Origin: a virus
Taxonomy: Duplodnaviria; Caudoviricetes
DNA length: 25,542 nt
Strand: one strand, 5' to 3'
IMG/VR virus record: IMGVR_UViG_3300032219_000773
Span: 1 to 25,542 of that record
Below, piece by piece: positions 8,268-15,943 of this stretch. Both the position numbers and the translations under genes were made by a program. How positions within the stretch are numbered: position 1 is the stretch's first letter; each line of letters opens with the position of its first letter. The notes under the pieces are model-generated. The model was not told the origin of the DNA, did not search any database, and saw only the letters and a program-made list of their open reading frames with translations.

Positions 8268-8896
8268 GTCCTCTCCTCAATGTTATAAAACCAATCGGTG
8301 CCGGTTGTCCACTTTCTTGTGCCGTCCACCGTCCAAAACGTTTGTGCTGCTTGAAAGTCAGGGTGCTTGGTGTCAGCAGGGATAAGGCTTTGGTCGTACC
8401 ACAGGCACCGGTTGTTCGGCTGACAAGCAAACTGACCATTGTCGAGCCTAAGAAAATTAAAACTCTTATGCTCCTCGGCCTGTTCGGTAAAGCCAGTATC
8501 CACGTCCTGACCATCCGCGCAAAAGTCCACCGTGAACAGGTACTTGCCAAAGACCCACGTCTTGTCTTTAGACATAAACTTAACGCCTAGGTTACGCAGT
8601 CCAATCTTCTCAATGACTGTGAACTTGTAGCCCATGCAATCCCAAAGCTGTAGAACGTCAATAGGCAACGCCGCAGGGCTATCCGTGTGCCACACATAGG
8701 CGTGTATAGGCAGCTTGTCGTACAACGCGCCATAGGCGGGCAGAAGGCTCTCAATGCGAAACACTTGACCCCTAAGTGCCTTGATGCTCACCCAAATAGC
8801 CGGTTCGTATTCGCCGTGGCCTTTGGTGAAGTTGTACAAAAACTCACGGCGCACAAAACACTTGAGCGGGGGTAGCGATGCAACTATGTAACTCAT
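8264..8896 (-). CDS. Conserved phage hypothetical protein (aromatic, beta-rich)
   Basis: 210 aa coupled ORF; GALYDKLPIHAY, LQLWDC, EHKSFN, NGQFACQPNNR motifs recognisable from aquatic phage hypotheticals; function unknown. Confidence 0.8.
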   Translation of the reverse strand: MSYIVASLPPLKCFVRREFLYNFTKGHGEYEPAIWVSIKALRGQVFRIESLLPAYGALYDKLPIHAYVWHTDSPAALPIDVLQLWDCMGYKFTVIEKIGLRNLGVKFMSKDKTWVFGKYLFTVDFCADGQDVDTGFTEQAEEHKSFNFLRLDNGQFACQPNNRCLWYDQSLIPADTKHPDFQAAQTFWTVDGTRKWTTGTDWFYNIEERT

Positions 8897-9138
8897 GTGT
8901 TCTTCTTTTTAAGTTTAGCTTCAATAAATTCGGCCATTGTTTTTGCAAGTATTGGTAACAGCTTAGTTCTATTAGCAAAATCTTCATGGTCGTCATCCGT
9001 CAGCCCGACCCATTCTTTGCGTGGAGGTGCAATTGCTTTTAACTCCCGCGCAGCCTCAAGCGCTTCGGCGATCTTTTCAGACCAAACGGAGTTTTGTGCA
9101 ACCGATAGCGCATCAATAATCAAATCAATTTTCTTCAT
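8893..9138 (-). CDS. Hypothetical protein
   Basis: ATGA-coupled; EWVGLTDDD...IEAKLKKKNT motif common in small phage accessory proteins. Confidence 0.7.
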   Translation of the reverse strand: MKKIDLIIDALSVAQNSVWSEKIAEALEAARELKAIAPPRKEWVGLTDDDHEDFANRTKLLPILAKTMAEFIEAKLKKKNT

Positions 9139-9326
9139 GGGCGCAGCCCCTCTTTCAACAGTTCAATACGCTCACGCGCAACGCGCAGAGAGTTTGCGCG
9201 CTGGTGCAAGCGCAACAGCATCTTCACCCTGCGTTCGTGAGTGCGTTCGTACTCGAGCATGACCATGATCTCTTCTTCCGTAAGAGATGCCATGTTCTCA
9301 TTTAGTTTTCGCCAAGTGATTTGCAT
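9135..9326 (-). CDS. Hypothetical helical protein
   Basis: SD GGAGG; ATGA-coupled downstream; basic helix RLHQRANSLRVARER. Confidence 0.7.
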   Translation of the reverse strand: MQITWRKLNENMASLTEEEIMVMLEYERTHERRVKMLLRLHQRANSLRVARERIELLKEGLRP

Positions 9327-9459
9327 ATCTTTCCTCCAGTTTTTTAACAGTTACAAAAACACGGTTGTAGGCCCGTGTCGCTTCGTTCATTAACTTCTGC
9401 CTGTGGCGCAACACGTTCTTGGCCGCAGACAGTTGCGCGCGTAATAGATCAATTTTCAT
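9298..9459 (-). CDS. Hypothetical 53-aa basic helical protein (not in ORF track)
   Basis: MKIDLLRAQLSAAKNVLRHRQKLMNEATRAYNRVFVTVKKLEERYANHLAKTK fills the gap between neighbours; GAGGG upstream. Confidence 0.65.
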   Translation of the reverse strand: MKIDLLRAQLSAAKNVLRHRQKLMNEATRAYNRVFVTVKKLEERYANHLAKTK

Positions 9460-9462
9460 TTC

Positions 9463-9705
9463 TTACCCTCTTGCTCTGATTAACTGGGCGCACCCAACAA
9501 CAACATCAAGGCACAATTTCAACAATAATGGTTCTGCTTCTATGCCTTTAAAATCAACTCCTGTTTCTAACGCCTTTGCACAAGCCTCACGCTCATCTTG
9601 GCGCACTAGCTCGGCAAAGCGTTCAAGGTCGTTATCACCACTTTGCCAAAAGCATCCTAGCGTGTTGATCATTCCCGCCTCTTCCGCCATTTCTTTTACG
9701 TTCAT
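9463..9705 (-). CDS. Hypothetical protein
   Basis: LERFAELVRQDEREACAK...IRARG motif typical of small phage proteins; SD GGAGG; ATGA-coupled to helicase. Confidence 0.7.
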   Translation of the reverse strand: MNVKEMAEEAGMINTLGCFWQSGDNDLERFAELVRQDEREACAKALETGVDFKGIEAEPLLLKLCLDVVVGCAQLIRARG

Positions 9706-11039
9706 TTCAAAGCCTCCAAAGCAATATCAGACACGGCGCGCTTGTCATGCAACGCCGCCCAAATCTTCTCATCAACGGTATTGTTGGTGAGCAACACATA
9801 GACCCACACATCGTTTTTCTGCCCCGAGCGGTGGATGCGCCCTACGGTTTGCTCAAACAATTCAAGGCTCCAAGGCAATGACAAAAAGACCATCCGGCAA
9901 CCGCCGTGTTGCAAGTTAAGCCCATGTCCGGCGCTCTTGGGGTGGACAAGTAGCAACTCCACTTCTCCCTTATTCCAGCGGTCAATTGCGTCTTTGTCAT
10001 CAAGGGTGACGGCGTGGGGGTACTGGCGCTTGAGTTCGGCAAGTTCTTCTTTGTAGGTGTAGGCGATGATGGTGTTCGCACGTTGGTTCTCCTCTAGTAA
10101 ATCATCTAACAAATCAAACTTGTGACGGCTTAACCAAATGGCTGTTTGTACGGTATCAAACCTACCTGGGCTTTCGCTTGCCGTTGTGTTGGTGTGATAA
10201 ATAAACCCTGACGCCATCTGTTGCAGTTTGCCCGTCACGACCGCCGCGTTGATCGCCTCAATGTGTGTATCGCCAAACAACAACACAAAGTCTTGTTTCA
10301 TTTTCTTGTAATTCACCATGTCCATGTCACAGCGCATCTCTACGGTGTGGCAAGGCGGCAACTTATCGGCGTACTCACCAGGCTCAAGCAGATAGGTCGC
10401 CGGTTTGATACGTTCCATGACCGACTGCAACGCCTTGGGGCGGGGTGCCCACTCGCCGTACTCTTTGTTCATCAGCACAAAGTACGTTTGCATAAACGCG
10501 CCTTTGCTGCGCCCAAGCAACGATTGGTCAACGATCTTGCATTGACCAAACACGTCTTCTAGACCGTTCGACGTAAACGATCCGGTCAAGCCCCACCGCA
10601 CAGTCATGGGTTCAATGACTTTCAACAACGCTTTAAACCGTGCGCCCGAGGGGTTTTTGAGGCGCGTCAGTTCATCAAACACAATGCCGTCAAAGTCCAA
10701 CTCTTGTTCGGCTAACCATTGCAGATTGTCGTAGTTGGTTACGACAACCCACGCATTAGATTTAAGCGCAGCCAAACGCTGTGCGGGCGTACCCACGCAT
10801 ACCGCTATAGGCACCGGCAATTCAGGTGCCCATTTAATGTACTCGGCGGGCCATACGCTTGTCGCCACACGTTTAGGGGCTAACACTAAAAACCGGCGGG
10901 CTTCGCCATCTGTTAGCAAAGCCGTCATGGCAGTCAACGTAATCGCGGTCTTACCCGCGCCCACGGGGGCCAACACCATTGCTCTAGGACGGGCGTACAA
11001 AAAATCAGCCGCGTCTTGTTGGTAAGGTCTTAGTTCCAT
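9702..11039 (-). CDS. SNF2-related SF2 helicase
   Basis: LRPYQ Q-motif, GAGKT Walker A, VFDE, LTGS, SAGHGLNLQ, QTVGRIHRSGQ motif VI. Confidence 0.93.
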   Translation of the reverse strand: MELRPYQQDAADFLYARPRAMVLAPVGAGKTAITLTAMTALLTDGEARRFLVLAPKRVATSVWPAEYIKWAPELPVPIAVCVGTPAQRLAALKSNAWVVVTNYDNLQWLAEQELDFDGIVFDELTRLKNPSGARFKALLKVIEPMTVRWGLTGSFTSNGLEDVFGQCKIVDQSLLGRSKGAFMQTYFVLMNKEYGEWAPRPKALQSVMERIKPATYLLEPGEYADKLPPCHTVEMRCDMDMVNYKKMKQDFVLLFGDTHIEAINAAVVTGKLQQMASGFIYHTNTTASESPGRFDTVQTAIWLSRHKFDLLDDLLEENQRANTIIAYTYKEELAELKRQYPHAVTLDDKDAIDRWNKGEVELLLVHPKSAGHGLNLQHGGCRMVFLSLPWSLELFEQTVGRIHRSGQKNDVWVYVLLTNNTVDEKIWAALHDKRAVSDIALEALK

Positions 11040-11611
11040 TGCGCTGCCATTGCGTTAGCAATGCCCTCATAGGTCTTGCTGCGAATCTTCCACCGGTCAG
11101 CACTTGGCGGCAATTTGTTCTGACCACTCGCGGTCTGATTGCCCCTGCGTGTTTTGTTGTCGCCCTCTAGCTTGTCGGTCGGCACAAGCAAAGGTAAGTT
11201 TTTAAGCCACAAGCACGTCTTCTTACTGGCATCATGGCCAAACCACCACGGCTGCACGATCTGATCGGGCTTGCGGATACGGCTGCTGATAATGCTAATC
11301 GGGTTTTCTAACGCAATTCGTTCTATAGGCGCGGCCATCAAACGCTGCACGAAAGTCAACGCATCCTCAGTCAGTTGCGGGTCGCGCAACCCACGCGTCG
11401 TCCAATGCATACCCGACACAGACAGGTAAGTGCAAGGCGGGTGGGCGATCATCATATCCCACCCATCGTTGATGATGTCAAACACATCACCTTGGTAGTG
11501 GGGTCCTGGCGCGTCCGTTGGCAACAAGTCACACGACATAGCGTCATGCCCTGCCCGTATGAACGCGTCGCGTACGGTGCCACTATATTCACAAGCTACT
11601 AATAAACGCAT
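11030..11611 (-). CDS. Minimal phage C5-cytosine methyltransferase-like protein
   Basis: LVACEYSG (variant motif I), AHPPC (motif IV), ENP (motif VI); only 193 aa. Confidence 0.75.
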   Translation of the reverse strand: MRLLVACEYSGTVRDAFIRAGHDAMSCDLLPTDAPGPHYQGDVFDIINDGWDMMIAHPPCTYLSVSGMHWTTRGLRDPQLTEDALTFVQRLMAAPIERIALENPISIISSRIRKPDQIVQPWWFGHDASKKTCLWLKNLPLLVPTDKLEGDNKTRRGNQTASGQNKLPPSADRWKIRSKTYEGIANAMAAQWN

Positions 11612-11861
11612 CGACCTGCTCCTTAGTCCATAGACAACTGTAGTTTTGACTTAATCTCGCCATGTCGGCGGCAAAAATTTTTTGTAATTCTGACAATCGA
11701 CCTCCTTTAGTCTTGAGTTCTACAAACCATGTCGCCCCGTCAGGGAAACACGCTATACGGTCAGCTACACCACGGTGGCTAGGCGACGTGAACTTGTACG
11801 TCTTGCCGCCCGCGCGTTCGACCGCCCATTTAAAATAATTTTCGATTTCTGATTCTTTCAT
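11589..11861 (-). CDS. VRR-NUC domain nuclease (putative Holliday-junction resolvase)
   Basis: ESEIE...GVADRI...FVELK..GGRLSELQK, a PD-(D/E)xK VRR-NUC pattern. Confidence 0.9.
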   Translation of the reverse strand: MKESEIENYFKWAVERAGGKTYKFTSPSHRGVADRIACFPDGATWFVELKTKGGRLSELQKIFAADMARLSQNYSCLWTKEQVDAFISSL

Positions 11862-11918
11862 GTAAAAAAGTATATCACAAGCAAAAAATCATGTACAATT
11901 AAATTTCTAAACAGGAGA
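11862..11918. promoter_or_regulatory. Overlapping divergent promoters
   Basis: Minus strand: extended -10 TG-a-TATACT (11877-11869), TTGTAC 18 bp upstream. Plus strand: TACAAT (11894-11899) and SD CAGGAG before 11926. Confidence 0.6.
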
Positions 11919-11925
11919 TTACACT

Positions 11926-13014
11926 ATGCTTCACTCAACTATCGTCGGCGGCTCGACCGCCAAACGCGTTATCGCTTGCCCCGCCTCAATTGAACTGGTC
12001 GCTAAGATGCCACCAAAGCCGTCTAGCAAATACGCTGACGAAGGCACCTTACTACACGGCGCCATTAGTCAAATCCTTGACTGCAAGGCGACACTCGAGT
12101 CTGTGATCGGTATGGTCTATGAAGGCATCACACTTACGCAGGAACTTTACGATGACAAGATTCTTGTGGCGCTTGCGGCGTTGGATGAAATTGATCCCGA
12201 CAAGCAGATGGAGTTTGCTGTGGAAAGTAGCGTCAACTTTGGTGATCTTTTGCCTGGCGTGTTTGGAAGTGCTGATCTACTTGGCCGGATCGGCAAAAAG
12301 GCAATTGTTTTGGATTGGAAATTCGGCAATGGCGTGGCTGTCGAAGCAACTGAGAACGAACAGGGTATGTTCTACGCTGCTGCTGCCATGCGTACGCCGG
12401 AAACTCAATGGGTGTTTGAGGACGTTGAGGAAATTGAAATCATCATTGTTCAACCGCCGATGGTGAAGCGTTGGGTGACAACGCCCGAGCGTATTGCTAA
12501 GTTTGAATTTGATTTGATTGCTGCGGTCAACGGCCCACGCACTAAGATGGAATCCGGTGAGCATTGCCGATGGTGCGCGGCCAAGCCAACGTGCCCCAAG
12601 GTGACCGGCGCTGTTGATCGGGCGCTCAAAACCGCGCTTGTGCGTGTTGATGCTGACCAAATTAGTGAATACCTTGCACAAGCCGAACTACTTGAGTCGT
12701 GGATTGATTCGGTGCGTGTACTGGCCTACGATATGTTAGAGAACGATGTGCGTGTACCAGGCTTTAAGTTGGTCGCCAAAAGGGGCACACGTCAATGGGT
12801 GAATGACCAAGTAGCAAAAGATTTATTAGGTGACAAAGCGTATGAGAGTAAGCTAATCTCTGTAGCCCAAGCCGAAAAAATTATTGGTAAAAAGAACTTT
12901 CCGGCTGACGTAGCTGTAAGCGTTAGCTCGGGCAGTACGTTGGCTGCGGAATCTGATCCAAGGCCAGCGGTTTTAAATCTAGGTAAGCAACTCGCTAACC
13001 TAAAACTACTCTAA
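11926..13014 (+). CDS. Cas4-like PD-(D/E)xK exonuclease (DUF2800 family)
   Basis: ACPAS, ADEGTLLH, FGSAD, LDWKFG, HCRWCAAKPTCP; 1+3 Cys typical of Fe-S staple nucleases. Confidence 0.88.
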   Translation: MLHSTIVGGSTAKRVIACPASIELVAKMPPKPSSKYADEGTLLHGAISQILDCKATLESVIGMVYEGITLTQELYDDKILVALAALDEIDPDKQMEFAVESSVNFGDLLPGVFGSADLLGRIGKKAIVLDWKFGNGVAVEATENEQGMFYAAAAMRTPETQWVFEDVEEIEIIIVQPPMVKRWVTTPERIAKFEFDLIAAVNGPRTKMESGEHCRWCAAKPTCPKVTGAVDRALKTALVRVDADQISEYLAQAELLESWIDSVRVLAYDMLENDVRVPGFKLVAKRGTRQWVNDQVAKDLLGDKAYESKLISVAQAEKIIGKKNFPADVAVSVSSGSTLAAESDPRPAVLNLGKQLANLKLL

Positions 13015-13025
13015 AAGGTACTCTA

Positions 13026-13667
13026 ATGTTTAACTTAGCAAAACTCCCTGAAGTAAAGTCACTCTCTACAGCCCTGCGTACCATTCAAGCAGAAGTTGGC
13101 CCAACTGGCGTTGTCATCATCAAGATGGACAAGACCGGTCACTGGGTTTTTGGTGCTGACCAAACCGAAGTCGAATCTGATTCAACTTGGGCGGTCAATC
13201 CTTTTTCGTTTGTCCACGGCTACATTGCGTGGGGCGACGGTGAAGTACTGGCTGAGAAGATGGTGTCGGTATCTGAGCCATTACCTGAGATGGACGACGC
13301 ACCACCGAGCGCCAAGCGCGGTTGGGAAGTGCAAGTCGGTATGTCGATCAAGTGTCTGACCGGCGAAGATAAAGGTTTGGAAGCGCGTTATACCACCACC
13401 TCAGCGGGTGGCAAGCGTGGCGTACAGACCTTAGCTGTAGCAATTGCCGAACAAGTGGACAAGGATCAGTCTAAGCCTGTGCCTGTTGTGTTGCTTAAAA
13501 AAGAACACTATCAGCATAAGTCGTACGGCCGTATCTTTACGCCGCTGTTTGATATTCAATCGTGGGTCAGCATGGATGGCGAAGAGCCTGAAGTCGAGCC
13601 CGACACCTCACCCGTAGCGTCTGCTATTGATGCTGCACCCGCCCGCCGTCGTAGGAGCGCAACATGA
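13026..13667 (+). CDS. Putative single-stranded DNA-binding protein
   Basis: Between exonuclease and polymerase; aromatic beta-rich core, acidic C-terminal stretch (DGEEPEVEPD). Confidence 0.55.
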   Translation: MFNLAKLPEVKSLSTALRTIQAEVGPTGVVIIKMDKTGHWVFGADQTEVESDSTWAVNPFSFVHGYIAWGDGEVLAEKMVSVSEPLPEMDDAPPSAKRGWEVQVGMSIKCLTGEDKGLEARYTTTSAGGKRGVQTLAVAIAEQVDKDQSKPVPVVLLKKEHYQHKSYGRIFTPLFDIQSWVSMDGEEPEVEPDTSPVASAIDAAPARRRRSAT

Positions 13668-13837
13668 AACTTGACCTCTCATTAGACGAGATTAATAAAA
13701 TCTTGGGTGTACTTGGGCGTCAGCCTTACCAAGAAGTCGAGCAGTTAATCGCCAAGGTTCGTCGTCAAGCATTACCGCAGTTGCAAGAACCTGAAGCAGA
13801 AGACGGTGTTGTTTACTACCCAAAAGTAGCTGAGTAA
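13664..13837 (+). CDS. Hypothetical 57-aa protein (not in ORF track)
   Basis: MKLDLSLDEINKILGVLGRQPYQEVEQLIAKVRRQALPQL...; SD AGGAG and ATGA overlap with upstream stop. Confidence 0.75.
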   Translation: MKLDLSLDEINKILGVLGRQPYQEVEQLIAKVRRQALPQLQEPEAEDGVVYYPKVAE

Positions 13838-13843
13838 GGTTTA

Positions 13844-13935
13844 GGGGGCGGTTAGGCAAGCATTTGAGGATGTCGTAAGCGCGTGTTTTTCTTGCCTTCC
13901 AACGCGTATGCAGTAACGGCCAAATCAACGCCCCC
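13844..13935 (+). ncRNA. Candidate structured cis-regulatory RNA with pseudoknot upstream of the DNA polymerase
   Basis: P1 GGGGGCG/CGCCCCC, P2 ATTTG/CAAAT, P3 GTCGT/ACGGC, P4 GCGCGT/ACGCGT; loop CTTGCCT complementary to AGGCAAG in the 5' junction. Confidence 0.6.
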
Positions 13936-13946
13936 ACCTACACCTT

Positions 13947-15848
13947 ATGATCCTATACCTAGACTTTGAAACCCGTAGCCATTGCGACCTAAAGAAGCAT
14001 GGCGTCTACAACTACGCCCAAGACGCAACGACAGACGTGTTGTGTATGTCCTACGCTTTCGACGATGAAGACGTTGTGACGTGGTTACCCACGCAGCCGT
14101 TCCCCAAACGTGTACGCAATCACACCGGCTTGATCTACGCGCACAACGCAGCCTTTGAGCGTTTGATCTTTTGGTACGTCTTACAAATCAACTTCAAGTT
14201 AGAGCAGTTCTATTGCACCGCAACACAAGCGCGCGCCAACTGTGCGCCTGGTAGCCTTGAAGACGTGGGCCGGTTTGCCGGTGCAAGCATGAAGAAAGAT
14301 TACCGTGGCGCGCAGTTGATTAGGGCGCTATGTGTGCCGCCGTTTAAAGATGACCCTGCGCTGATGCTTGAAATGGTGCAATACTGTGAGCAAGACGTGC
14401 GCGCCATGCGCGCCGTCAGTCAAAGCCTACGCCCCCTATCAGACGAAGAGTTGGAGGATTACCATGTCAACGAAAAAATTAACGACAGAGGTGTTTTGGT
14501 GGATGTGCATCTTGCCAGCGCAGCCATCTCTTACGCGGCCATCGAACTCGCGGACATACAGTCCATTGTCAGAACCGTCACCAATGGCGCGATCACGTCA
14601 GTCCGCTCGCCGAAGATGCGCGAATGGGTTAAAGAAAGATTAAGTACAGAACACCTTAAACTAATGGAGATTGAAGATGGAAAATACAGCATCGATAAAC
14701 GCGTTCGCGCAAACCTCTTGGCCACGTCAGACCTACCGCCCGACGTTGAGCAGGTTATCCAATGTGCCGATGATCTTTGGGCGTCGAGCGTTGCGAAGTT
14801 CTCACGCTTACGCGACTTGGCAGATGTGGAAGATAGTCGCGTCCGTGGCGCGTTTGTCTTTGCCGGAGGATCGGCAACAGGCCGCGCGTCTTCTTACGGC
14901 GCTCAAGTACACAACTTCACACGCAAGTGCGCCCGCGACCCCGAGTCTGTTAGATCAAGCATGGTTCTCGGACGTTCCATCGTTCCCGAGTTTGGTAAGA
15001 GGGTCACAGACGTTCTAAAAGGGATGCTCAGACCCGCGATCATCCCCGCCAAAGGTAGGTTCTTGGTTGTAGCCGATTGGGCTCAGATCGAAGCGCGTAT
15101 GACCCCGTGGCTATCAGGTCGGGGTGATGACGTGTTAGACGTGTTCAGGTCAGGGCGTGACATCTACGTTCGTGAGGCGGCTGCGATGTACAAGATACCC
15201 GAGTCGGAAGTCACCCCCGATCAGCGTCAGATTGGTAAGGTTGCAATCCTCGCTTGCGGGTTTGGTGGTGGCATTGGCGCGTTCTCTGCAATGGGCAGAG
15301 CCTACGGGCTAAGTATGAGTGAGTCTGACGCGCAGCGTACCGTAGACGCCTGGCGACGCGCAAATCAATGGGCGGTACGCTACTGGCAAGAGTTAGAAAC
15401 TGGTTACATGATCGCCATGCGAAATAAGGGCAAAGAAATCGTTGCGGGTAGGGTAACCTACCTGTATGACGGGCAGCATCTATGGTACGCTTTACCCTCG
15501 GGTCGCATCCTCTGTTACCCCTACGCCAAACTTGAAGAAGATGGAATCAGCTACGCTAAAGCCGCATGGAAACCCGCCGCCGATGCACCCGCGTGGCCCC
15601 GTGCAAGACTATGGCGTGGCTTGGCTTGCGAGAACATTACCCAAGCCTGTGCGAACGACGTACTACGTTACGCTCTCAGAACCCTTGACGACGTTGTACT
15701 CCACGTTCACGACGAAATTGTTATTGAAACCGATCAGCCCGAACAAGTCACCGAACAGCTAAAAAAAGTAATGTGTACGCCGCCCCCGTGGGCGCAAGGT
15801 CTGCCCCTAGACGCCGAGATTCAGACAATGGCTCGGTACGGCAAATAA
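13947..15848 (+). CDS. polA: Family A DNA polymerase with 3'-5' exonuclease domain
   Basis: LDFET (ExoI), AHNAAFE (ExoII), YCEQD (ExoIII), ADWAQIEAR (A), RQIGKVAILACGFG (B), LHVHDE (C). Confidence 0.95.
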   Translation: MILYLDFETRSHCDLKKHGVYNYAQDATTDVLCMSYAFDDEDVVTWLPTQPFPKRVRNHTGLIYAHNAAFERLIFWYVLQINFKLEQFYCTATQARANCAPGSLEDVGRFAGASMKKDYRGAQLIRALCVPPFKDDPALMLEMVQYCEQDVRAMRAVSQSLRPLSDEELEDYHVNEKINDRGVLVDVHLASAAISYAAIELADIQSIVRTVTNGAITSVRSPKMREWVKERLSTEHLKLMEIEDGKYSIDKRVRANLLATSDLPPDVEQVIQCADDLWASSVAKFSRLRDLADVEDSRVRGAFVFAGGSATGRASSYGAQVHNFTRKCARDPESVRSSMVLGRSIVPEFGKRVTDVLKGMLRPAIIPAKGRFLVVADWAQIEARMTPWLSGRGDDVLDVFRSGRDIYVREAAAMYKIPESEVTPDQRQIGKVAILACGFGGGIGAFSAMGRAYGLSMSESDAQRTVDAWRRANQWAVRYWQELETGYMIAMRNKGKEIVAGRVTYLYDGQHLWYALPSGRILCYPYAKLEEDGISYAKAAWKPAADAPAWPRARLWRGLACENITQACANDVLRYALRTLDDVVLHVHDEIVIETDQPEQVTEQLKKVMCTPPPWAQGLPLDAEIQTMARYGK

Positions 15849-15850
15849 GT

Positions 15851-15922
15851 AACCCGCCGGTTTGAGGATATTAAGAGCCTTGGCGGGTTTTCTAAAAAAG
15901 AAGCCACCGGCTAGGGTGGCTT
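15851..15922 (+). promoter_or_regulatory. Two hairpins between polymerase and primase (possible attenuator/terminator)
   Basis: AACCCGCC/GGCGGGTT (15851-15889) followed by TTCT; AAGCCACC/GGTGGCTT (15901-15922) preceded by an A-run; SD AAGGAG at 15931-15936. Confidence 0.55.
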
Positions 15923-15943
15923 GAACAACTAAGGAGTATTGCA

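Noticed and set aside
11926-13014. Cas4-like nuclease as sign of a CRISPR-Cas locus
   Set aside because: No cas1/cas2 or array; standard recombination/replication nuclease in its usual context.
13692-13937. 81-aa minus-strand ORF
   Set aside because: Antisense to a better supported 57-aa plus-strand gene and the structured leader.
13947-15848. DpoZ-type polymerase / Z-genome
   Set aside because: No purZ, datZ or mazZ in the window; cannot be supported.
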